A DNA stretch of 64,000 nt from Squalus acanthias (Eukaryota): positions 7,626,001 through 7,690,000 of the forward strand of contig CM059432.1 in the NCBI GenBank assembly GCA_030390025.1, read 5' to 3'. Position 1 is the first letter of the stretch. Every line of letters starts with the position of its first letter. A model generated the notes under the pieces. That model made no database searches. It saw nothing but the letters and a program-made list of their open reading frames with translations, and had not been told where the DNA came from. Of this stretch, positions 48,919-62,134 are shown one piece after another. The position numbers and the translations under genes are program-made.

Positions 48919-51900
48919 TGTAAGGTTTCCAAAATTTTGCAGATCCCCAAAAACCTAAGGAATAAGGACTTTGGAACTACCTCAGAGTGATAAAAATGCA
49001 TTTGGGCCTAACCTAAGGAATTTAAGACCAAAAACCAAGTTTTGGCATTTTAAAACTATGTCTGGGCCTGTAAAGGGACAAGGAGGTGGAATCGACCTCT
49101 GTAAAAGCAGTTTGGTTATTGCAGTTAATTGCATTGTCTGGGGAACCAGGATGACCTCACTCAAGCCCCAGCAGACATTAATATTTGACAATAGACCCTG
49201 GGAGAAGACAGTCCCACCCAAAATAACAGGCCCCATCAAACCGATTACAGGGCCCATCAGAAACATGCAAAATAAAACCCACTCGGGACCATTCTATAGA
49301 AAAGACCGAGTCCAGCCTAGAAAACCAAAACATGAAATCAATCACCAGTGATCAACCAAGGAGATTGACAGGATGCAAACCATCCCAAAGGCCATTTGAC
49401 ACTTACAGAGCAGTTACTGGTAACAGGCCCGCCAAAATCATACATAGATACATAGATACATAGAAGATAGGAGCAGGAGTAGGCCATCCGGCCCTTCGAG
49501 CCTGCTCCGCCATTTAATGAGATCATGGCTGATCCTCCAATTCAGTATCCCGTCCCCGCCTTCTCTCCGTAACCCTTAACCCCTTTTGCCTGTAGAAATA
49601 TATCTAATTCCCTCTTAAATATATTTAATGAGCTGGCGTACACTGCCCTCTGTGGCAATGAGTTCCACAGGTTCACCACCCTCTGAGTGAAGAAATTCCC
49701 CCTCATTTCTGTCCTAAATGGTTTAGCCCTTATCCTTAAATTATGTCCTCTGGTTCTGTTCTCACCCGCCAAGGGAAACATTCCTTCTGCATCTAGTCTG
49801 TCTAGACCTGTCAGAATTTTATACACTTCTATGAGGTCCCCTCTCAATCTTCTAAACTCCAGTGTGTACATCCCTAAACTACATAGTCTCTCCTCATAGG
49901 TCAATCCCGCCATTCCTGGTATCAGCCTGGTGAATCGCCGCTGCACCCCCTCCATGGCAAGAACATCTTTCCTCAGATGAGGCGACCAAAACTGTACACA
50001 GTACTCGAGGTGTGGTCTCACCAGTGCCCTGTACAGCTGCAGCAAGGTATCCCTGTTCCTGTATTCCAACCCTTTTGCTATGAAGGCCAGCATACCGTTT
50101 GCCTTCTTGATCGCCTGTTGCACCTGCATGCTCGCCTTCAGTGACTGGTGTACAAGAACACCCAGGTCTCTCTGTACTTCCCCCTCTCCCAATTTATTGC
50201 CATTTAAATAATAATTTGCCCTCCCGTTCCTGCACCCAAGGTGGATAACTTCGCACTTGTCCACATTATAGTGCATCTGCCATTTATCCGCCCAATCACC
50301 CAGTCTGTCCAAATCGCTCTGGAGCTTCCTGGTCTCCTCCTCTGAGCCCACCCCCCCTCCTAGTTTAGTGTCGTCTGCAAATTTGGAAATGCTGCATCCG
50401 ACTCCCTGATCCAGGTCATTAATGTAAATTGTGAACAGCTGGGGACCCAGGACAGATCCCTGTGGTACCCCACTTGTTACTGCCTGCCATTCAGAAAATG
50501 AGCCGTTTATTCCAACTCTCTGTTTTCTATCTGACAGCCAGTTCTCTATCCACGTCAATACTTTCCCCTTTATCCCATGAGCTTCAATTTTCCATGTTAA
50601 TCTTTTATGTGGGACCTTGTCGAAGGCCTTTTGGAAGTCCAGGTACACCACATCTACTGGCTCTCCCCCATCTATTTTACCAGTTACTCCCTCAAAAAAT
50701 TCCAATAGATTAGTCAAGCACGATTTACCCTTTGTAAATCCATGTTGACTCTGTCCTATCCTGTCCCCATTTGCTAAGTGCTCCGCTATTTCATCCTTAA
50801 TGATGGACTCCAGCATTTTGCCCACAACTGATGTAAGGCTTACAGGTCTGTAATTACCTGCTTTTTCCCTACCCCCCTTTTTGAATAGTGGGGTAATGTT
50901 AGCTACCCTCCAATCCATGGGCACTTTTCCCGAGTCTAATGAATTCTGAAAAATCATACTTAGTGCATCCGCTATCTCTAGGGCCACCTCCTTCAGTACC
51001 CTAGGATGCATGTTATCAGGCCCTGGGGAATTGTCAATGAACTGAGTAGATTTGGTGGGTAGATAAGGCCATGTTCAATGGGTGAGATTGAAGGCCTGTT
51101 AAAAAACCAGTTAACGCGCTAGTAAGTCGTTACCGATTTACGAGCCCGCCAAAACCAGACAATGAACTGAGTAGATTTGGCGGATAGATAAGGCCACTTC
51201 AATTCAGTATAATTGAAGGCCCATTAAGCAGTTCAAGGTCGCAGTCCGTGGTCATCAGAAGAAGAAGAAACCAGGAAGAAGACAAAACCGAGCTGGAAGC
51301 GAGTCGGCATCGCTCACCACTCAGACACACCTGAGTCCAGCTCGTGAAGATACCACCTCGACGGACCTCCAACAACGATCCCAATACAGTCACCCGGAGC
51401 AACAAGCAGCAACAAGTCACCGACGGCTCTACGAGGTCGACCGACACACTAGACAAGGCCTAAAACCATCGCGGAAACCAAAGGCCTCAAGTAACCAACA
51501 ACCGCATATTACCCCCAACGGACCGAGTAATAGCAGGCCACCGCGACCAACTCAAGGGAAGAAAACCCGAAGAACCGCAAAGTTTCCACACTACAAACTA
51601 CTCCTGACTTACCCCTGGGTAAGATTTCTACCAAAAGACTCTAAACCCTACTCCTAACCAAAGGAAATTGGGTACTCACCTGATAGATCCAAAACGCACC
51701 CTACCGCATCAGCGGACTCGCGAAGACTGACCAGAGACGCAGGTGAAGTCCTCTACCGCATACGGGGTACGGCAGACACTAACCGCCATAAACAGCGAAC
51801 CCCAAAACCGTGATTTAGCCCAACTGTCAAAGGATTGGTGAGCATTATCCCTGGTCCTTCAAAGTCCAACTTAGCTAGTAAAGTGGGGTTGGGAGGGGTG

Positions 51901-52147
51901 AAGTATTGTTCTACTGTCATTTCCCTCGCTTGTACCAAAGTGTTCCCCACCTTTAGAGTGTTAAGAGTGTTATTATTTGTGTCTTACCTTTTAATAAAGA
52001 TTGAAGTTCTTTCATCAAACTCAGTTGTCTGCTGCACCTTTTATCACAACCCCCAAATAAGTCCAAGGTCTAGAACCAAGGGAGTGGGAGTGATTCGAAC
52101 CGCTCAGAAGTCAGAGGTGAAGCTGACACAAACCACCACCCCCTACA
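48919..52147 (+). mobile_element. Long solo LTR (~1.6 kb after removing the nested CR1)
   Basis: TGTA...TACA ends; 4-bp TSD GAAC (48915-48918, 52148-52151); AATAAA at ~51993; internal direct repeats; no coding motifs. Confidence 0.85.
49441..51035 (-). mobile_element. Young 5'-truncated CR1 with an uninterrupted RT-to-C-terminus frame (ORF 49542-51011, 489 aa)
   Basis: NYRPVSLTS, GVPQGSVLGP and FADD motifs; (TATGTATC)n-type tail. Confidence 0.93.
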
Positions 52148-53778
52148 GAACTTAACGTAATTAATATAAGTAGAGAAAAAGTACGAGAGAAACTAATGGG
52201 ACTAAAAGCTGACAAATCCCTTGGACCTGACGGCCTACCTCCTAGGGTTCTAAAAGAGGTGGCTGAAGAGATAGTGGATGCATTGGTTTTGATCTTCCAA
52301 AATTCCCTAGATTCTAGAATGGTGCCAGCGGATTGGAAGGTTGCAAATATAACACCGCTATTCAAGAAAGGAGGGAGAGAAAAAGCAGGGAACTACAGGC
52401 CAGTTAGCCTGACATCAGTCGTCAGGAAAATACTGGAATCCATTGTTAAAGAAGTGGCATCAGAGCACTTAGAATATCATAACATGATTAGGCAGAGTCA
52501 ACATGGTTTTATGAAAGGGAAATCGTGTTTGACAAATTTATTCGAGATTTTTGAGGATGTAACTAGCAGGGTAGACAAAGGGGAACCGGTCGATGTAGTA
52601 TATTTGGATTTCCAAAAGGCATTCAATAAGGTGCCAAATGAAAGGTTATTACACAAGATTAGGGCTCATGGGATTGGGGGTAATATAGTAGCATGGATAA
52701 AGGATTGGCTAATGGACAGAAAGCAGAGAGTAGGGATAAACGGATCTTTTTCAGGTTGGCAGGCTGTAAATAGTGGGGTGCCGCAAGGATCAGTGTTGGA
52801 GCCTCAGCTATTTACAATCTATATTAATGACCTAGATGAAGGGATCGAGTGTAATGTATCCAAGTTTGCTGATGATACAAAGCTAGGTGGGACAGTAAGT
52901 TGTGAGGAGAACACAAAGAATCTGCAAAGGGATATAGATAGACGAAGTGAGTGGGCAGTAAGGTGCCAGATGGTGTATAATGTAGGGAAATGTGAGGTTA
53001 TTCACTTTGGTAGGAAGAATAGAAAAACAGAATTTTTTTTAAATGGTGAGAAACTTTCAAATGTTGGTGTTCAGAGAGATTTGGGTGTCCTCGTGCAAGA
53101 AACACAGAAAGCTAGAATGCAGGTACAGAAAGCAATAAGGAAGGCAAATGGCATGTTGGCCTTTATTGCAAGGTAAGAGTAAGGAAGTCTTGCTACAATT
53201 GTACAGGGACTTGGTGAGACCACACCTGGAGTACTGTGCACAGTTTTGGCCTCCTTATCTTAGGAAGGATATGCTTGCCTTGGAGGCGGTGCAACAAAGG
53301 TTCACTGGATTGATTCCTGGGATGAGAGGGCTGTCCTGTGATGAGAGATTGTGTAGAATGGGCCTATACTCTCTGGAGCTGAGAAGAATGAGAAGTGATC
53401 TCATTGAAACATACAAAATTCTGAAGGGGATTGACATGGTAGATGCTGAGAGGTTGTTTCCCCCTGGCTGGAGAACTAGGGGGCATAATCTCAGAATAAG
53501 GGGTCGGCCTTTTAAAACTGAAATGAGGAAGAATTTCTTCACTCAGAGGGTTGTGAATCTTTGGAATTCTCTGCCCCAGAGGGCTGTGGATGCTGAATCG
53601 TTGAGTATATTCAAGGCTGAGACAGATAGATTTTTGGACTCGAGGGGAATCAAGGGATATGGGGATAGGGCAGGAAAGTGGAGTTGAGGTCGATGATCAG
53701 CCATGATCTTATTGAATGGCGGAGCAGGCTCGAGGGGCCGTATGGCCGACTCCTGCTCCTATTTCTTATGTTCTTATG

Positions 53779-54690
53779 TACTTGTCTGATTACCATCTCC
53801 TTTTGCCTTGCACCATCATCCCTTTTGTCATTTAATCTCTCCTGCCTTCCACCCTATCACAGACCTTCCCTTTTGTTCTTTTCTCCCCTCTCCCCTCCCC
53901 CCTCCCCTTTCCCTGCCTCTCTACTTGATTAAAACCTGTTACATCTCCAACTTTTTCTAGTTCTGACGAAAGGTCATCGACCTGAGACGTTGGGCTGGAT
54001 TTTGATACTGGGGCGGGTTGGGGTCGTGTTATCCACCCGACTGCAATTGGATGTGGGAGATTGATGCAATTTTCACCTAATTGGGCAATTGAGTTCCAGC
54101 ATGTGGGAACCCATGAACCAATTAGTGTTTTGAGTCTGAAAGTCGCCTCTGATGATGTCATCTATGCAGAGAGAGAGAGAGAACCTGAAGGCAAAATGTG
54201 CAGCAGCCCTAGGTCTGCTCCCAGATATTTTTCCTACTACTACTTCTCCATTGTGATAGTGGACCTGCAGCTGATAGTCAGCTTTCGAAATGTGCTCCCG
54301 CCAGGTTTCACAATCGTGTTTCAGAACAGGCGTGCTTCACGTAGAAAAAGGGTTAAAATCACAAAGGCCTTTCAAAATGGCATTATCGAGGCAATTTAGT
54401 GCTTGTTAAGGGTCTTAACAGCCTATCCCGTCTCTTAAAGGCGGGACGGAGTCGGGACCAGCAGACACGATTTAATGAAAATTGCGTGGAGGTGGGATGG
54501 AGGCGGGCTTGTGCCCGCCCGCCAGTTTTCGCAATTTTAACCCCCCACACGCCTCCAAACCCGCCTCCACGGGTCAATGAAAATCCAGCCCGTTGACTCT
54601 GTTTCTCTCTCCACAGATGCTGCCTGACCTGCTGAGTGTTTCCAGCATTTTTATTTCAGATTTCCAGAATCCGCAGTATTTTTCTTTAGT
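53779..54690 (+). mobile_element. Penelope-like end interrupted by a GGGCTGGATTTT MITE (53992-54591)
   Basis: Homologous to 39830-40135; TSD GTT (53989-53991, 54592-54594). Confidence 0.85.
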
Positions 54691-57256
54691 ACATTTCTCA
54701 AGGTTCAGCAAAATGTTTGCCACTTAAAAGCGAAGGCATTCTGTCTGTATCTTTCCAGTGAACGCTTTTAACACCCTCCTACCCACATCATTGACCACAT
54801 TGGTAGGACCTTCAGGAATATTTCAGTTGTTTGGCTCCAGGAACTCCTGCGGATACAGGATTGGAGGTGATTAGTCAGAGCCGATTCCCGCTCGCCAGTG
54901 GAGCCAGGAGGCAGGTTTATTTGGCCTGACATTGTCCACCGACAGAGAACATCTTTTGGAAAAATATTTAGGCATCTCAGATACCTGAAGGTGAATTATA
55001 CACAGCTGGGTCTTATAGCAGAGACACCCCAATATTGGTGGCATTGTTGGTAATTTGCAACAACATGTTGCAGGAGCTTCACCCTAGATTATATGGGGCT
55101 GGAATTCCTTGGGTTGTGATCCCAGTGGTTACCGGCAGTGCTGATCCTGCTGGAGATTGGGAGTGCAGTAGTGCACATCTCATTTGCACGGGGCAAGCGA
55201 TTGCAAGCGCGGTGATAGGCGCACCTCCAGTGGCTGCCCGCTTGCCCCAGGCAGCCAGAAAACTCGACTCCCAACTGCTACTGGGGTGGGAGAGGGAGGT
55301 TGCCCGTCCCACCCCTCAAAGCAGCCCGCTTGATTGGCACCCCATCCACCACCTTAAACATTCACTCCCTCCACCACCGGCGCACCGTGGCTGCAGTGTG
55401 CACCATCTACAAGAGGCACTGCAGCAACTCGTCAAGGCTTCTTCGGCAGCACCTCCCAAACCCGCGACCTCTACCACCTAGAAGGACAAGGGCAGCAGGT
55501 GCATTGGAAGTGATATGAGGATAGTGCAGGAAAGTGGAGTTGAGGTAGAAGATCAGCCATGACCTTATTGAAAGGTGGAGCAGGCTCGAAGGGCCGAATG
55601 GCCTACTCCTGCTCCTGTTTCTTATGTTCTTATGAAGGCCAGCTCTGTGACACCGCCTCCTGCCTCCCCCTGGACCATGACCACATCACCTCCAAGTTCC
55701 CCTCCAAGTCACACACCATCCTGACTTGGAAATATATCGGCCGTTCCTTCATCGTCGCTGGGTCAAAATCCTGGAACTCCCTCCCTAACAGCACTCTGGG
55801 AGTACCTTCACCACACGGACTGCAGCGGTTCAAGAAGGCGGCTCACCACCACCTCCTCAAGGGCAACTGGGGACGGGCAATAAACGCTGACCTTGCCAGC
55901 GACGCCCACATCCCATGAACGAATATAAAAAAGAAAACTGACCCTGACTTGAAAAACGTCGCAGCCATTTCATCTGGAATCCATTCCGCGCCCCTCGGTC
56001 TGGACACCACTGGTGAGGACCACATTCACCCACCTGGTCCTAGGCTCATGGGGAACTCCCACCGTCGAGGAATCCCTGCCTCTGACTCTAATCCGCCCCG
56101 CCGAGATACTGCTCCTTACAAGGTCATTTGGCATTTCCCAGGAACAGCGGAGTTCCGGCCCAGCCATATCTCTGCTGTTCTGCTGGTGGGGGATTCTACT
56201 GGCCACCTACCAGAGATAGAGTAGGAGATACAGCAGAATCCCTGAGGAATTTCAGCCTCTGCGTTTATATTGAGCTCCTCAAGGTTTGCGTGGATTTGGA
56301 TGATCTTAAACTGGATTGTTTACTGTAAGATCTGACTGAAAATCACATCTCCCTGGAGAGGGTGCAGAGGAGATTTACTGGAATGGTCCTAGGGATGAGG
56401 GACTTCAGTTACGTGGAGAGACTGGAGGAGCTGGGATTGTTCTCCTTGGAGCAGCGAAGGTTAAGAGGAGATTTAATAGAGGTGTTCAAAATTGTGGGGT
56501 TTTGATAGAGTACATAAGGAGAAATCTTTTCCAGTGGCAGGAGGGTCGGTAACCAGAGGACACAGTTTTTACGCAGCGAGTTGTTATGATCTGGAATGCG
56601 CTGCCTGAAAGGAGATTCAATAGTAACTTTCAAAAGGGAATTGGAAAAATTTACAGGGCTCAGGGGAAAGAGCAGGGGGGGGAGTGGTACTAATTGGATC
56701 GCTCTTTCAAAGAGCCGGTGCAGGCACGATGGGCCAAATGGCCTCCTTCTGTGCTGTATGATTCTATGATCTGATAGGCTGCAGTAGAAACCGACAATCA
56801 CAGCGCACGGCGACATAATGGAACATGGGAGATTTGTTTTTCCATTCCAGCTTAACATTGAAAAATGCCCTCTATTGTGTAAAATATATTGATGAGATGA
56901 CCTACACATGCCTCAATGTCATTCTTTGCTATTTAATTTCCTGTGCGTTTTCTCAAATTAAATTGCAAAGCTCCTTAAATGTTAAAAAGCAGGATTACAA
57001 GGTATTTGTCTCATTATATAACAGGAGTCCACTGTCAGTCTGCTGTCTCTTTTTAGATCTGTACTTTATGTTTCCCCAATTCCCAATGCATTATAAATGA
57101 AAGCTGCGAGCTAACGGTAGCACACACAATGCCTGCGCCAAATCACAGTGCGCAGTGCTTTACCTTCGTGGAATGGCAAGTAATGGATTGACTCTTTGGC
57201 CCTTGGGCTTTGGCAGTCTCCTGCAATGTCGGTCAGGTTGGTTTCTGGACACCACA

Positions 57257-57948
57257 GGGGGGAAAAGTTCGATTGCTTCGGTCTCAACGGCGCCGCTAAC
57301 GCCTCAGCGGGAGGTGAGCGCTGGCATTTGCCGGTAGAGCCACGCGGCGTTGCGCCTCCGCGCAATGACGTCATCGCCGTGCGCAGCGCCCCGCTCGCGC
57401 CCCTTCCGCAAACTTGGCTCGTGCCCCCTGACCTATCGCCGGACGCTATGTCCGACAGGGTCGGGGGGGATGTTTTTTGCGGCCGCGGCCGCGCAAATTA
57501 AAGGGCAGGTGCCGTGCGGCCTTTATTTTTTTTGGGTCTCCTGCCAGCACCTGCCCCCTCTCACCTCCTCCTGCGGGGTGCCGGCCGCGATCGGTCAGCC
57601 CGGCGCTCCTCTTGAGTGTCGGGCGGTTTCCATGGCACCCCGCTCCCCAGTGGTCCAGCAGGGCCCTGGTGCGCGCAGAGCTAGGCCCCTCCCCTTTAAT
57701 CAGGGGAGGGAGGCCTGCAATGACGCGGCGCTACCTGCCGATGCGCGTGGCGCTGTTGCACGTAGCGCCGCGAATATTCAATGAGATTGCCCCAAGAGGG
57801 AGGGGGAGCATGTCCAGTAGCGCCCCGCCTCCTGCTTGGGACGCTACCATTCAATTTTGGGCACGGGGGCGCTAACTTTTTCTTTAAAAGTAGCGCCCCG
57901 GCAAAGTTATCACCCCAAAGGGGGCATGAGCCAATTTCCCCCCCCCCC
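57257..57948. mobile_element. GC-rich MITE with GGGG(G)AAAA-type ends, related to 60177-60927
   Basis: Collinear similarity to 60177-60927; GCGCTAA motifs as in the autonomous Harbinger. Confidence 0.8.
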
Positions 57949-60176
57949 ACCGGTTTTAAGGAGCGTCTTAAAGTAGGAGAGAGGCGGAGAGGTTTAGGGA
58001 GGGAATTCCAGATTTTAGGGACTAGGCAGCTGAAGGCACGGCCGCCAATGGTGGAGCGATTAAAATCGGGGATGCGCAAGAGGCCAGAATTGGAGGGGCA
58101 CAGAGATCTCGGAGGGTTGTAGGGCTGGAGGAGGTTACAGAGATAGGGAGGGGTCGAGGGCCATGAAAGAATTTAAACACAAAGATGAGAATTTTAAAAT
58201 TGAGGCGTTGCCAGACCGGGAGCCAATGTAAGTCAGCGATCACAGGGCTGATGGATGAACGGGACTTGGTGCGAGTTAGGACACCGTTTATAACTCTTCT
58301 TCCAATTGCTGTTATTGCAGAATTAAATATTACATGAAGAAAATCTTTAAACATCACATTTTCATTTAATGTATTTTCCTATAACAAACACATTAGTGTG
58401 TATGGTATTAATATTGTATTATTTGATTTCATCATCAAAATTTTAACACTATCTGTATATAAGAATTCTACGATAATTTCTCTCTATCCATTGACTTAAA
58501 TTTAATAAAATGCGAAAATGAATGTGAATGTTACATTAATAGAATCTTTACTTTTGAACGTCGTAAAGTCGATGCTATTACACGCAAGTCCTTTTTTGAA
58601 TTTAGAATAACCAAACTGAATGATGAAAGTCTTGACAAATGTTGATACAGAAATTATGCACCTTTGCATTTAAAGGATTGAAAGAGTTAAAGTCACACTT
58701 TCTTTCTCAGAGATTTATCACTATCATTAATTCAGAGTTTACAAATCAATCAAACAAACCCATAATTGGACTGAATTAGGCAGAGGATCATTAATAATGA
58801 AATTACCGCAATATAATTTAAATACCACTGTAAATGCATCTTGAATGGCTTTTATAAAGAGCCGGAGGAATTCAACACAGCAGTAGAAGAATTAATGTCT
58901 TTTGCAAAATGAATCATCAGTCTCTTTAAGGCTCAGAAAGCAGAATGTTGGAGCATCAAATGCTTTTAAGTCTGCACAGACAGTACAAGATAATGTTGCT
59001 TTTCATTTAGCTGGCCTTTCAGTGCCCATGGTTAGCTTGACGCATTGTGGATTTAAGAACATAAGAATTAGGAGCAGGAGTTGGCCATTCGGCCCCTGGA
59101 GCCTGCTCCGCCATTCAGTAAATTCATGGCTGATCTTGGACCTCAACTCCACTTTCCCGCCCGATCCCCACCTCCCTTGATTCCCTCAGCACCCAAAAAT
59201 CTATCAATCTCTGTCTTGAATATGCTCAACGACTGAGCATCCGCAGCCCTCTGGGGTAGAGCATTCCAAAGATTCACAGCCCTCTGAGTGAAGAAATTCC
59301 TCCTCATCTCAGTCCTAAATAGCCCGACCCCTTATCCTGAGACTGTGACCCCTAGTTCTAGACTCTCCAGCCAGGGGGAAACAGCCTCTCAACATCTACT
59401 CTGTCAATCCCCCTTAAGAATTTTACATGTTTCAATGAGATCACCTCTCATTCTTCAATTCCAGAGATAGTTCCTGGGGTTGTCCACTAGAACCTTGACT
59501 AACAAGTTATGAAACACAAAAAAGAGAAATGTATGAAATAAAAACAGAAAATGCTGGAAATACTCAGCAGGTCAGGCAGCATCTGTGGAGAGAGGAAGAG
59601 GGTTAACGTTTCAGGTCGATGCCCTGAAGAGAAATGTATGCTTGTGCCATTTTATACCACGTGGCTCCACAGTTGCTGTTTTGAACTCTCAGCAAAAGCT
59701 CGTGTTAGCAGAGTCTGAGAGAACGTGATCATAGGTGGAATCTCATAATACCTCATAAGTCACATCACCATGTATTGAAGTAATTTAAGAGCTAAAAATC
59801 TTAATTTTCCTTTCCAACTTTTTAGCAGCGCAAATTATGGCTTCCACAAAGTTAGAGAAAGCACTGAATAGAAAGTAATTTCCAAAAGAGTCAATTACAT
59901 TTACTATTGCACAATGCAACGATAAATCTCGGTATCATGGAGATATTTATAGTCTAATTTCCCTTGCGTAAACACAGCTGTAAGGAAGACTGGCTACGGT
60001 GGGCAATGAGGTTTTCCAGCCAGCTGTGTATCTTCCATTGTTCAGACTATCATCTCATTTGTGCTTCTTCTCCATTTTCTCTTCATGACTTTGGCTTTCA
60101 ATATGACACGCTTCACTAAAAATCTCTGCGTCAATGAATTGCAATCAGGAGTATAAGCATAGAATCATAGAATCAT

Positions 60177-60927
60177 GGGGGAAAAATTGGGTTGCTTTGC
60201 GCCTCCCGTTAGTACCCCCGGGGGGCGCTAACTGGGCACAAATCCCCTAGCGCCTGGGCGCGGCGCCGCTAACACCTCCCACGAAATTCAGCGGGAGGTT
60301 AGCGGCGGCGGTAGCCGGTAGTGCCCCGCGGCGCTGTGCTTCCGGCAATAATGTCATCGCCGTGCGCAGCGCCCCGCTCGCGCCCCAGCCGCAAACTTGG
60401 GCTGCGCCCCCTGACCTATGGCCGGACAATATGTCCGACAGGGTCAGGATGGTGTTTATGCGGCCGCGCGGCGGTATTTGAAGGGGCAGGTGCCAGGCGG
60501 CCATTTTTCTTTCTGGTCGCCTGCCAGCACCTTCCCCCTTCACCTCTTTTATTCGGGGTGCCGGCCACCATCGCTCAGCCCGGCGCTCCTCTTGAGTGCC
60601 GGGCTGTTTTCCCGGCACCCCGCTCCCCGGTGGTCCAGCAGGGCCCCGGTGTGCTCTGCGCTAGGCCCCTCCCCTTTAATCAGGGGAGGGAGGCCTGCAA
60701 TACCGCGGCGCTACGTGCCGACGTGCATGGCGCTGTTGTAAATAGCACCGCGAAATTCACTGGTAGCGCCCCAGGAAGGAGGGGGAGTGCTTCCAGCAGC
60801 ACCCCACGTCCTGCTTGTGGTGCTACCACCAAATTTACGGCGCAGGGTACTACTTTTCTCGGGGCGCTAAAAGTAGCGCTCCGGTGAAGTTAGCGCCCCA
60901 AAGGGGGCGCCACTGAAATTTTCCCCC
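60177..60927. mobile_element. Harbinger-type MITE in a (TAGAATCA)n CR1 tail
   Basis: TIR GGGGGAAAAATT / AATTTTCCCCC; the left end resembles 24790-24850. Confidence 0.85.
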
Positions 60928-60960
60928 ATAGAAATTTATGGCACAGAAGGAAGCCCAAAT

Positions 60961-61236
60961 GGGCTGGATTTTGTCTTGGGGTCGGGTTGGGGTCGTGTTA
61001 TCCGCATTTCGTGTTCCCCCCCCCCCGACTCCAGATTAATGTGGATGAATGATGCAATTTTCACTTAATTGGGCAATTGAGTTCCAGCATGTGGGAACCC
61101 ATGAACCAATTAGTGGTTTGAGTCTGAAAGTCGCCTCTGATGATGTCATCATTGCTGACTGACTGACTGGTCTCAGAGACTGTCTGGCTGTTGGTGAGAG
61201 AGGAGCCTGGTTTTTGATGTGAGTGGACCTGGATGT

Positions 61237-61275
<39 letters not shown>

Positions 61276-61728
61276 CCTCTCACACCAAATGCCATGCATT
61301 CAATGCAGTAGCATCAGAGGTGACTTTCACACCTAATACTACTACTACCTTCATCACAATACTACTACTACCTTCATCACATCTCCGTTGTAATAGTGGA
61401 CCTGCAGCTGATAGTCAGCTATCCACTTGTGCTCCCGCCAGGTTTCACTGGAATGTTTCACACCAGGCGCACTTCACGTCGGAAAAGGGTTAAACTAGCT
61501 AAAACATTTCAAAATGGCATTACAGAGCCAATTTAGGGCTTGTTAAGAGCTTTAATGGCCTCTCCCGCCTCTTGGAGGCGGGGCGGAGTCGGGAACCCCG
61601 CGACTGATTTTGTCAAAATTGCGTGGAGGCGGGATGGAGTCGGGATGGGGTCGGGACCCCCGACCCCGCAACTTTAACCCCCCACACGCCTCCAAACCCG
61701 ACTCCACGGGTCATTGAAAATCCAGCCC
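60961..61728. mobile_element. MITE with GGGCTGGATTTT TIRs
   Basis: 12-bp TIR; internal similarity to 53992-54591; (GA)n at 61243-61272. Confidence 0.85.
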
Positions 61729-62134
61729 ATCGTGTCTGTGCCAGATGGCAAAGAGCTCTCCAGCCTAATCCCACTTTCCAGCTCTTGGTCCGTAGCCCTG
61801 TAGGTTACGGCACTTCAAGTGCACATCCAAGTACTTTTTAAATGTGATGAGGGTTTCTGCCTCTACCACCCTTTCAGGCAGTGAGTTCCAGACCCCCAAC
61901 ACCCTCTGGGTGAAAATAGTTCTCCTCAACTCTCCTCTAATCCTTCTAACAATTACTTTAAATCTGTGCCCCCTGGTTATTGACTTCGCTGCTAGGGGAA
62001 ATAGGTGCTTCCTATCCACTCTATCTGGGCCCCTCATAATTTTATACACCTCAATTAAGTCTCCGCTCAGCATCCTCTGTTCCAAAAAAAACCCCCAGCC
62101 CATCCAATCTTTCCTCTTGGCTAAAATTCCCAGT

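Larger units (their letters stand above)
48355..53778 (+). mobile_element. CR1 ORF2 (linker, RT, 3' UTR) interrupted by a solo LTR
   Basis: ORF 48561-48923 ends GSNEGEEL and the sequence resumes at 52148 into ORF 52196-53176 (RT) and 53148-53687. Confidence 0.9.

Noticed and set aside
57111..61299. Clusters of 100-190-aa Pro/Arg/Ala-rich ORFs in all frames
   Set aside because: They coincide with GC-rich MITEs, where stop codons are scarce.
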